IMG/VR virus record: IMGVR_UViG_3300029318_000041
Location: 1-35,001 of that record
DNA: 35,001 nucleotides
Direction: 5' to 3' (one strand)
DNA from: a virus
Taxonomy: Duplodnaviria; Caudoviricetes
Shown: piece after piece, positions 28,410 to 35,001 of the stretch
Layout: each line of letters starts with the position of its first letter
How positions within the stretch are numbered: the stretch's first letter is position 1
Position numbers and translations under genes: made by a program
Notes under the pieces: generated by a model
What the model saw: the letters and a program-made list of their open reading frames with translations, nothing else
Told to the model about the DNA's origin: nothing
Databases searched by the model: none

Positions 28410-29366
28410 ATGGCACAGTCAGCCAACACGTTCGACAGCTATGATGCTGTTGGAATTCGGGAGTCGCTTGAAGATATTATCTATGATGTTTCGCCTGAGC
28501 AGACCCCTTTTTATTCCGCTTGCGGAAAAATCAATGTATCGGCAACGCTGCACGAGTGGCAAACCGATTCCCTGAGAGCATCGGCAGTTAATGCCCATAT
28601 CGAGGGAGATGAGACAACTGCAGAGGCTCGCACTGCGACAGTACGCAGAGGCAACCGAACGCAAATCTTCAAGAATGCGGTAACCATTCCCGGTACAGAC
28701 GAGGGCTTGAACAAAGCCGGTCGTGCGAAGGAAATGGCTTATCAAACTCTGAAGGTTGCTAAGGAGCAAAAGCTAGACATCGAAAAGGCGTTGTTTGCTA
28801 ACAATGCTGCGGTGGCTGGTAACGCTACGACAGCGCGTGAGCTTGCTGGTGCGCCTGCTTGGTTAATCACTAACGTGAACTTCCAAAGCGGCAACAGTGG
28901 TGCAAACCCAACCGGAGACGGCAGCGATGCTCGAACCGATGACGGTACTGCCACTGCGTTCTCACAGACCAAGTTTGATGATGTAATGCAGCAAATTTGG
29001 GAAGAGGGCGGCAAGCCAGAAACCTGCTACCTTAGCGCGTTTCAGATGACCAAGGCGCTTTCGTTTGCTGGTAACAACAACCAGCGGTCGCAAATCTCTG
29101 CAGAAGGCGGAAAAGTCAGCAACTATCTGGCTGTCTATCTGACTCCTTGGGGAGAGGTGACCTTTGTACCATCTCGGCAAAACCGAAGCCGTGATGTGTT
29201 CATCATGCAAGACGACATGTGGGCGGTTGGCGTTTTGCGTCCAACCAAGAACGAAGCTCTTGCAAAAACGGGTGACCATGAGAAGCGTCAGGTAACTACT
29301 GAGCTGACGTTGATCTGCAAGAACGAAAAGGCCAGCGGCATCATCGCTGACAACACCACAAGTTAA
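28410..29366 (+). CDS. major capsid protein (DUF5309/SU10-like)
   Basis: GIRESLEDIIYDVSPEQTPF...HEWQTDSL...EGD...N.TQIF...KLDIEKAL...LAKTGD..K...TELTL. Confidence 0.92.
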   Translation: MAQSANTFDSYDAVGIRESLEDIIYDVSPEQTPFYSACGKINVSATLHEWQTDSLRASAVNAHIEGDETTAEARTATVRRGNRTQIFKNAVTIPGTDEGLNKAGRAKEMAYQTLKVAKEQKLDIEKALFANNAAVAGNATTARELAGAPAWLITNVNFQSGNSGANPTGDGSDARTDDGTATAFSQTKFDDVMQQIWEEGGKPETCYLSAFQMTKALSFAGNNNQRSQISAEGGKVSNYLAVYLTPWGEVTFVPSRQNRSRDVFIMQDDMWAVGVLRPTKNEALAKTGDHEKRQVTTELTLICKNEKASGIIADNTTS

Positions 29367-29378
29367 AGAGTGGTCCGT

Positions 29379-29404
29379 GGGGCGGTTCGCCGCCCCTTTT
29401 TTTT
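29379..29404 (+). terminator. rho-independent terminator after the major capsid gene
   Basis: GGGGCGG-TTCG-CCGCCCC followed by T8. Confidence 0.9.
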
Positions 29405-29415
29405 GGGAGAGTTCT

Positions 29416-29706
29416 ATGGAAGTTAAAGAAGAGGTCATTTTTGACGATGTCGAAAACAAAGTAATCGTCAAGAAAACACATTTAAACGATCCATATGTAG
29501 AAGAAGCAGCGCGCCTCAGAAGCATGGGCGTTGGTATGACTGGCGAGAACAGGCTTGCTGGGATTTTGCCTATGCACGTTCTTAGCGAGTGGATCAAAGA
29601 GGCCGGGCTGGACTGGAGCGATCAGAAGGCATGCCGGGAAGTCATTAAGCGAAAAATGCTATCAGGTGATTTCGATAAACTCAGAGTGTGGGAGGGTCGC
29701 TACTAA
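29416..29706 (+). CDS. conserved phage protein following the capsid gene (96 aa)
   Basis: SD GGGAG, ATG at 29416; LAG.LP...W..E.G...LRVWEGR pattern. Confidence 0.75.
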   Translation: MEVKEEVIFDDVENKVIVKKTHLNDPYVEEAARLRSMGVGMTGENRLAGILPMHVLSEWIKEAGLDWSDQKACREVIKRKMLSGDFDKLRVWEGRY

Positions 29707-30150
29707 ATGAAAAACTTGCTGATGTTATTGGTTTTCTTATCCGCATCCGTAATGTCTAAGACAGTAATTCTCTACGACGATGGGACGCAGTACACGGTAG
29801 AGCAGAACGAAAAAGTGTACGTTAGTGACTACTCTCAACTATATCGCCTCAAGCAGTGGGGTAGCGGCGACATGGAGTTGAGAAAGGTGCTGCCTAGCCT
29901 CAAGCGGGATCATGTTTATCAGGAGCCAAGCGGCGAGGGCGATCTTGGCAGTCCTCAGTGGTGTGAGACATATGTGCCGTGGTCAGAGGGACTGAACTTT
30001 AACATGACCGCGTGGCAGAAGGTTTGCGACGTAAACGACGATGGCGTTTATGACATGTGCGACTATTACGAGCCTACTGGTATTCAGACGTTTGAGGAGA
30101 TCGAATGGCAGGATAGGTGCAACGACGGTGACCCTTGGGATGGCTCGTAA
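29707..30150 (+). CDS. secreted acidic Cys-containing protein with an EF-hand/dockerin-like Ca-binding loop
   Basis: Signal peptide MKNLLMLLVFLSASVMS; DVNDDGVYDMCD; four Cys. Confidence 0.6.
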   Translation: MKNLLMLLVFLSASVMSKTVILYDDGTQYTVEQNEKVYVSDYSQLYRLKQWGSGDMELRKVLPSLKRDHVYQEPSGEGDLGSPQWCETYVPWSEGLNFNMTAWQKVCDVNDDGVYDMCDYYEPTGIQTFEEIEWQDRCNDGDPWDGS

Positions 30151-30319
30151 AAAGTTTAGGGTAAGGGTTGCAAGCGCAATCACAAATTCTCGGCGTGATG
30201 TCAGAAATGCTATTGCGCGGATAAAAGGCCGACTTTGGGCTTTGCAGGTAGATTTTAAGTTGCGCGTAAAAAGACTAATAAGGGCCGTTCGTAAGGCGTG
30301 GAGAAGACTCTGGAAATGA
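30140..30319 (+). CDS. 59-aa cationic amphipathic peptide (disruptin-like candidate)
   Basis: 21 R/K vs 2 D; ATG at 30140; ATGA-coupled to the next lysis gene. Confidence 0.6.
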   Translation: MARKKFRVRVASAITNSRRDVRNAIARIKGRLWALQVDFKLRVKRLIRAVRKAWRRLWK

Positions 30320-30582
30320 CAGAGCAGAGACTCGAAAGAATCGAGGGCAAGCTCGACAAGTTGAGCTATTCCGTGGCAGATTTTGCCCGGATAGAAGAGC
30401 GCCTGCTATCAGCGTTCAAACGGCTTGAGCGCCATGAGAAGCAGATTGATCGGCACCAAGACGACATCAAGGCGTTGACCAGTAGCGTGTTGACTAATAG
30501 CAGGACGCTGCAGTTTGGGGAGCGGGTATTCTGGATTGTAGTCACAGCAGGCGTTTCGCTTGCGGTGTATTTGAGGGGCTAG
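30316..30582 (+). CDS. coiled-coil protein with C-terminal TM helix (XhlA-like lysis-associated)
   Basis: RLERIEGKLDKL...ARIEER heptads then a TM segment. Confidence 0.65.
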   Translation: MTEQRLERIEGKLDKLSYSVADFARIEERLLSAFKRLERHEKQIDRHQDDIKALTSSVLTNSRTLQFGERVFWIVVTAGVSLAVYLRG

Positions 30583-30585
30583 GTT

Positions 30586-30957
30586 ATGTTGCAAGCGTTG
30601 ATAGGACCGATAGCAAACTTGGCATCTGGCTATCTCAGCAATAAACACGAGCAGGCTCAGGCCAAACATCAAGCCAAACTACAGGTAATACAAAACGATG
30701 CTGATTGGGAAAGCAAGATGGCTGATGCGTCAGCTAATAGCTGGAAAGACGAATGGTTTGCGCTTTTGTTATCTGCTCCTATCGTCGCTGTTTTGTATGG
30801 CGTTGGCTTCAATGATCCTGCTGTTATGGATCGGGTGCATGATGCTTTTGAGGCTCTCGGCAATCTTCCAGAATGGTACCAGTACCTCCTTTTTATCGCC
30901 GTCACAAGTTCATTCGGCATAAGGGGTGCAGACAAACTGATGAAGCTGAGAAAGTAA
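30586..30957 (+). CDS. holin-like membrane protein
   Basis: LIGPIA.LA...SWKDEW + TM...LPEWYQY + TM SSFGIR. Confidence 0.7.
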   Translation: MLQALIGPIANLASGYLSNKHEQAQAKHQAKLQVIQNDADWESKMADASANSWKDEWFALLLSAPIVAVLYGVGFNDPAVMDRVHDAFEALGNLPEWYQYLLFIAVTSSFGIRGADKLMKLRK

Positions 30958-31151
30958 TGACGCCAGAGCAATTAAACGCATGGCGCATCATCCCGCGCCT
31001 TTTAATGTTCGCCATGATCTTTATGACCTACAGGACAGTGGAGTGGTTCATGTCATTGCCCGACCCAAACCCTGAGCAAGCTGCTCTCGTGTCAGTTATG
31101 ACCGGGGCGCTCACCGGGTCGTTCGCTGTCTTCTTGGGCCGTAAGGAATGA
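30957..31151 (+). CDS. two-TM holin-like protein (64 aa)
   Basis: WRIIPRLL...WFMSLPDP..EQAALVS pattern; TAATG coupling. Confidence 0.7.
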   Translation: MTPEQLNAWRIIPRLLMFAMIFMTYRTVEWFMSLPDPNPEQAALVSVMTGALTGSFAVFLGRKE

Positions 31152-31519
31152 GCTACTTTAGTGACGATGAGTTACGCTGTCAGTGTGGCTGTGGTGAGCT
31201 TATCTTTGATGACAACGTCCGGGCCAAGCTAAATCAGATACGAGAAGACTGCGGGTTTCCTCTGCCTGTAACGTCAGGGTATCGGTGTGAGAATCATCCT
31301 GTCGAAAAAGCAAAGACCGCAAACGGCAGGTCAGTCGGTGCGCACACTACAGGCAAGGCGGTGGACATCGGGGTACGTGGTGAGAGAGCGCACACGCTGC
31401 TTTGTGTTGCTGTGCTGCGGCGCTGCCCACGCATCGGTGTAAACCAAAAAGGCGACAGCCGATTCATCCACCTAGATTGGGATGATGACAGGCCATCGCC
31501 TACGGTTTGGAGCTATTGA
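31148..31519 (+). CDS. endolysin, peptidase M15A family
   Basis: YFS..EL.CQCGC, VTSGYRC, AH..G.AVDI, FIHLD. Confidence 0.9.
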   Translation: MSYFSDDELRCQCGCGELIFDDNVRAKLNQIREDCGFPLPVTSGYRCENHPVEKAKTANGRSVGAHTTGKAVDIGVRGERAHTLLCVAVLRRCPRIGVNQKGDSRFIHLDWDDDRPSPTVWSY

Positions 31520-31667
31520 CCGGCGACCCCGGCCCGTCGGTTGCCCCGGCCTTTATGCGCTCGTCGATCCACTCGCGGTATGTAAGTTCGCCTCGCTCAT
31601 ACCGGCGGTTGATCTCAATCAGCTTGCGCTGCAGGTCATAGTCGATTTGATCCCACGTATTGCTCAT
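31500..31667 (-). CDS. 55-aa hypothetical protein (not in the ORF track)
   Basis: MSNTWDQIDYDLQRKLIEINRRYERGELTYREWIDERIKAG...; ATGA-coupled to the upstream minus-strand gene. Confidence 0.6.
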   Translation of the reverse strand: MSNTWDQIDYDLQRKLIEINRRYERGELTYREWIDERIKAGATDGPGSPVNSSKP

Positions 31668-31885
31668 TCCTCGCCGTCCTCGGGTTCCGGGTAGATCAAC
31701 TCTGCAATGTGCTGGAACTTCTGCTCGAACACCTTTACCAGATGATCGTAATCGCCTGACTGCATATCCACCATCATCGCCTCAATGACCTCTGGCGGAT
31801 CACCTAGTTGTTTAGACCAGCTTTCCGCAAGGCCCATCAGCATCCAAGCGTTGCCCTGCGGCCCAGCTAAATCAATAACTCTCAT
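31664..31885 (-). CDS. conserved small phage early protein (73 aa)
   Basis: IDL.GPQGNA..LMG.A...MQSGDYDHL..VF pattern; SD AGGAGG before ATG 31885. Confidence 0.8.
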   Translation of the reverse strand: MRVIDLAGPQGNAWMLMGLAESWSKQLGDPPEVIEAMMVDMQSGDYDHLVKVFEQKFQHIAELIYPEPEDGEE

Positions 31886-32073
31886 AACTTGCCTCCTGCC
31901 ATCTGGTAAGCCATTTGTAGGCCGCTCGCTCTGCCGCGCTCGTAGCCCATCCACCACTGATGGTGTTCCCGGTCACGGGCATTCTCGGCCTTATCGCGTA
32001 GCTTCTCATGGCGCTGGATCTCCCGATAGCAATGAGTCATTGCCGCCAATATCTCCTGCCTTTCCATCTTCAT
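31882..32073 (-). CDS. hypothetical protein (63 aa)
   Basis: SD GGAG; ATGA overlap. Confidence 0.7.
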   Translation of the reverse strand: MKMERQEILAAMTHCYREIQRHEKLRDKAENARDREHHQWWMGYERGRASGLQMAYQMAGGKL

Positions 32074-32115
32074 AGTTACTCCCTCCGCGTGTTGCCCCCT
32101 TTCGGGGGCGTTAGA

Positions 32116-32460
32116 TTACATGCTCCAGTAAGTCTCGCTGGCAGGCGACAAGTAAAGCGGGGTGTTTAGCCTTTCCATGTAAGGCTCGCCAGACATAAGG
32201 TTGATTCGCTCGACCATCGGCTCATTAGCCTCGAACTCCGCTAGGCTCATCACTACGCAGCCTTTTAGAAACTCCAACTGGTTGCCGGTGTTGTTGTCGA
32301 AGCCATCCGCGCCGTAACGCTCGGTGTATTCTGCTTTACGAGCAGCCATCTTCTTAATCAAGGAAGTAAGAGATCGCTTTGCGCCGCCAGCCGAATTGAA
32401 AGGCGTCCCCCCCTGATTTAGAAGTCTGTAGTTCTCTGCATTGACAATAACGTAGCTCAT
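32116..32460 (-). CDS. early hypothetical protein with NLMSG...SPASETYWSM C-terminus
   Basis: SD GGAGG; C-terminal motif recurs in phage hypotheticals. Confidence 0.8.
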   Translation of the reverse strand: MSYVIVNAENYRLLNQGGTPFNSAGGAKRSLTSLIKKMAARKAEYTERYGADGFDNNTGNQLEFLKGCVVMSLAEFEANEPMVERINLMSGEPYMERLNTPLYLSPASETYWSM

Positions 32461-32493
32461 TTTTGTACCTCCGTGTTATCACTCAACATAATC

Positions 32494-32604
32494 AGGATAC
32501 CACAATGGCATCTGCAGTCAACAGAAAAGCGATGCGCTGTTATACCGATTCACTATATCGTATAACTTTTTCGTATAGACAACAAAACGATGATGGTGTA
32601 GTCT
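32494..32604. promoter_or_regulatory. divergent promoters flanking two tandem operator boxes (32541-32557, 32561-32577)
   Basis: Leftward TTGACT-N16-TATCCT with TG; rightward TAGACA-N17-TAGTCT; boxes TATACCGATTCACTATA and TATAACTTTTTCGTATA. Confidence 0.7.
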
Positions 32605-32635
32605 GGGTGGGTAGTAACAAATATCGGAGGCGTTT

Positions 32636-33025
32636 ATGAGCGAAGTATACTGGAAGGATTGTTTGGCGGAGTGTGACATGTCTCTGCAAAAAAACTGGCG
32701 TGACGACCCTGACAACTTCATCAGCATTCCAATCACTAGCTGCCACCGGCAGTTACGGTCTGATCTGTTGTTGGCGTTTTTATATGAAGTGGGCGAATAC
32801 AATCAGCATCACTATTTGGCAGATATTTGCATTCCAGTCATCGACCATCAGCTCGAATGGGTGATGCAGCTCATGGACGCGGCTGTTAAGGCAGATGCTC
32901 CAACGGTGGTTTCAACAGGGGCGCAAGCAGTGTGGGAGTATGTCAGCAATGCTGTGCATGCGTGGTTAATTGAGAAGGAGGAGGCCGATGCAGAAGAGGC
33001 GAGGCGCGAGGGTGGCTACCATTGA
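32636..33025 (+). CDS. hypothetical protein
   Basis: SD GGAGG; first gene of the rightward operon. Confidence 0.7.
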   Translation: MSEVYWKDCLAECDMSLQKNWRDDPDNFISIPITSCHRQLRSDLLLAFLYEVGEYNQHHYLADICIPVIDHQLEWVMQLMDAAVKADAPTVVSTGAQAVWEYVSNAVHAWLIEKEEADAEEARREGGYH

Positions 33026-33248
33026 CGTGCAGAAGGTCATGGCGCTGTTCGAGGAGTTTGCGCAAGACATTACGGACGAGCGTGACAAAGAACATGCAGA
33101 GGAAAGTTACTTTGCTGGATTCTTGGCGGGTTATCTGGGCGAGACGACAGACATTAGCCCGTGGTCATCTCGGTATTACAAGTATGGTTTTGGTCGCGGC
33201 TACGAACTTAGTGCGATGGAAGACGGGAGGGTCTTAGAGTATGAGTGA
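33012..33248 (+). CDS. hypothetical protein (78 aa)
   Basis: GTG start, GAGG SD; YF.GF..GY and YG.GRGY motifs. Confidence 0.65.
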   Translation: MATIDVQKVMALFEEFAQDITDERDKEHAEESYFAGFLAGYLGETTDISPWSSRYYKYGFGRGYELSAMEDGRVLEYE

Positions 33249-33921
33249 TATACCTGAAGCCATCAAGGAGGTGTTAAAAGAGCTGCGGCTGAATAAGGCA
33301 GCGGCTTGTTGGGAGATTCCGCAAAAAAAAGGCCAATGGGCTGTGCATCATTTTGCATGCGAGCGCATGGCTGCGCATAAGGGCATTCAGTTTGATCCGC
33401 CTGTGCCGCTGCATGTTAGCCCTGACTTTGTGGCTCTGTCTGTGACCGGGCATTTGAATGGGCGTAGTGAGTGGTCTGTCGGTGAGGCGTCAGAGGCGAC
33501 GACAAAAAATAAATACTACTGCGCAATGGCAGAAAAGCGGGCTAAGGACAGAGTTATCCTAAAGCTGATCGGAGTACATGGTCAGGTCTACGCAGAGGAT
33601 GAGGCCGACAGCTTCACCGAGCAGGGTAATATGTTGGAGCAGTCAGTCAGTGCGCAGCAGTTGTTGCTCAACCACAATGGCTGCGTCAACCGCAACTGGC
33701 CTACGATCTGCAGGACTAAGGCTGCAATACACAAGGGTAATTTATCCGTCGCTGCTGAGGCGATTTACGAGCTGACGGATGAGGAGAGGCAGACGCTGGA
33801 TCTAGCGCCTAGTAAGGGCGGGATATGGACGACTGCCGAGCGTGAGGCAATCTTTAGGCCGCATGGTGATGTGGCTAAATTAGTGGCACAAATGAAACTC
33901 GATGATGGAGGGGCTTTATGA
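33241..33921 (+). CDS. putative ssDNA-annealing protein (Rad52/Sak-like)
   Basis: GEAS....N.Y..AMAEKRAKDRVILKL.G..G.VYAEDEAD motif; lies before an SSB-like gene. Confidence 0.55.
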   Translation: MSDIPEAIKEVLKELRLNKAAACWEIPQKKGQWAVHHFACERMAAHKGIQFDPPVPLHVSPDFVALSVTGHLNGRSEWSVGEASEATTKNKYYCAMAEKRAKDRVILKLIGVHGQVYAEDEADSFTEQGNMLEQSVSAQQLLLNHNGCVNRNWPTICRTKAAIHKGNLSVAAEAIYELTDEERQTLDLAPSKGGIWTTAEREAIFRPHGDVAKLVAQMKLDDGGAL

Positions 33922-34211
33922 AAAGAGAACTGGAATTTGTGAACGGCGTTTATGTCGATGAAAGGCGAGATAACCGACCCGAGTGGGTTGTGGGGGGCGC
34001 GACCATTTTGGTGAAAGACTTTGTGAATTGGTTTGAGCAATGGCGCAGAGACAATCCAGAGGCAGAGAAGCTGAAGATCGAAACTCGGATCTCTGGCAAG
34101 ACTGGCAAGCCTTACACCGTGCGCGACACTTACGAGCCGAAGCCAAAAGCAGAGCAGCCCCAAGACAACCAACCAACGGAGAAAAAAGATGATTTCGATT
34201 TCGATTTGTGA
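33918..34211 (+). CDS. putative ssDNA-binding protein
   Basis: Small beta-rich protein, KTGKPY...DTYEPK, acidic tail DDFDFDL. Confidence 0.55.
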   Translation: MKRELEFVNGVYVDERRDNRPEWVVGGATILVKDFVNWFEQWRRDNPEAEKLKIETRISGKTGKPYTVRDTYEPKPKAEQPQDNQPTEKKDDFDFDL

Positions 34212-34548
34212 TCGCATACGTGCGCTGCAGGAAGCGCATGGCGTTTCTGGCGCAGAGCTAGCAAGGCGTTGCGATGTCGCGCCGCAGCAAGTGTCCAGAT
34301 GGCGGGTACAGCGAGACATTAAGATTGGCTCGGTTCTCAAAGTCTGTGCTGCGTTAGGTGTCAGCATCAACGATATGTTGAGAGACACGGATCTGTTGAT
34401 GGAGGCGGCTGAGATGCGCAAAAAAATGATCGTAAACCAAGGCATTTCGGAGGTGCTGAAAAATGGTGGAGCAGTTTCTAGCGAGGTTGAACAAGGTCAA
34501 GAAGTTAGGGAGCAGCCGATGGGTGGCATGCTGCCCGGCGCACAATGA
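34189..34548 (+). CDS. XRE/Cro-like HTH transcriptional regulator
   Basis: IRALQEAHGVSGAELARRCDVAPQQVSRWR...VLKVCAALGVSINDML. Confidence 0.8.
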   Translation: MISISICDRIRALQEAHGVSGAELARRCDVAPQQVSRWRVQRDIKIGSVLKVCAALGVSINDMLRDTDLLMEAAEMRKKMIVNQGISEVLKNGGAVSSEVEQGQEVREQPMGGMLPGAQ

Positions 34549-34870
34549 CAGTGACCCGTCGCTATCAATCGACTTAGGAAAGGACGGTCGCATCCTGCTC
34601 AAGTGCTGGGCGGGGTGCGGCAATCTCGACATCATTACTGCTTTAGGGATTGACTGGGGTGACCTGTACCCTGATACCAGCCGCCACTATCAAAGCATAG
34701 CCCGGCGCAACAAGATCGAAGAGCGCACTGTCGATGACTACGTTGTCGATATAGCCGCGAACTCGAAAGACCTGAACGCTGACCAGATGGCGGAAGCAGA
34801 GCGCGCTGCATTACGCGGCGGCAAAGAGTTTGGCTTCAGTGAGATGGTGAAGCGGGAAGCTGCTAAATGA
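34463..34870 (+). CDS. primase-type CHC2 zinc-finger protein (no TOPRIM domain)
   Basis: WVACCPAHNDSDPSLSI...LLKCWAGC...I..ALG....DL; SD GGAGG. Confidence 0.8.
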   Translation: MVEQFLARLNKVKKLGSSRWVACCPAHNDSDPSLSIDLGKDGRILLKCWAGCGNLDIITALGIDWGDLYPDTSRHYQSIARRNKIEERTVDDYVVDIAANSKDLNADQMAEAERAALRGGKEFGFSEMVKREAAK

Positions 34871-35001
34871 AGTGGTTCAAGCACCAGTCTACTGCTGCAA
34901 TCGACTCCCGGCTGAAGCGCGTCAGGCTCAAGTATGGCATGGAGGGCTACGGCCTCTATTGGTATTTGCTTGAGTGTATTGCTCGATGTGTAGAGCCGCA
35001 C
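34867..35001 (+). CDS. replication initiator-like protein, truncated by the window end
   Basis: MKWFKHQSTAAIDSRLKRVRLKYGMEGYGLYWYLLECIA; WFKH...D..L.....G.EGYG.YW.LLE N-terminal motif. Confidence 0.7.
   Translation, partial: MKWFKHQSTAAIDSRLKRVRLKYGMEGYGLYWYLLECIARCVEPH

Noticed and set aside
29377-29415. N-terminal extension MGRFAAPFFWESS of the ORF-track call 29377..29706
   Set aside because: It is the capsid terminator hairpin; the better start is ATG 29416 with an SD.
31520-31555. GC-rich inverted repeat after the endolysin as a terminator
   Set aside because: Imperfect stem, long loop, poor U-tract, and it lies inside a minus-strand ORF.
1-35001. Integrase/att sites, tRNA genes, stop-codon recoding
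   Set aside because: None recognised by eye; TAA, TAG and TGA all end well-supported genes.

Overview
This window looks like almost the whole genome of a tailed dsDNA phage with P22/SU10-like podovirus structural genes, resembling uncultured marine proteobacterial phages. The replication module is split across the window ends (HTH, primase Zn-finger and initiator-like ORF at the right end; DnaB-like helicase at the left end), consistent with a circular or permuted genome slightly larger than 35 kb. Gene order: helicase, nuclease/NinB, NinG, early island, TerS/TerL, zeta-toxin-like kinase, reverse early island, small basic proteins, triplicated head-tail adaptor, tail fibre module, nozzle, GNAT-like protein, ejection proteins, portal, scaffold, major capsid, lysis cassette, reverse early island, recombination/replication genes. 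I saw no integrase, tRNA, CRISPR array or reverse transcriptase. Most notable: (1) a GNAT-like gene followed by three virion proteins carrying histone-H4-like GGKGG motifs; (2) TATAC-N7-GTATA (LysR-type) boxes at the main promoter regions with no LysR gene in the window; (3) a probably virion-delivered zeta-like kinase facing an unannotated 47-aa membrane peptide with its own promoter; (4) a cationic disruptin-like peptide in a lysis cassette with no visible spanins; (5) a triplicated adaptor domain and a CBM-like insertion in the nozzle. All family assignments come from motif recognition by eye, not from database searches.
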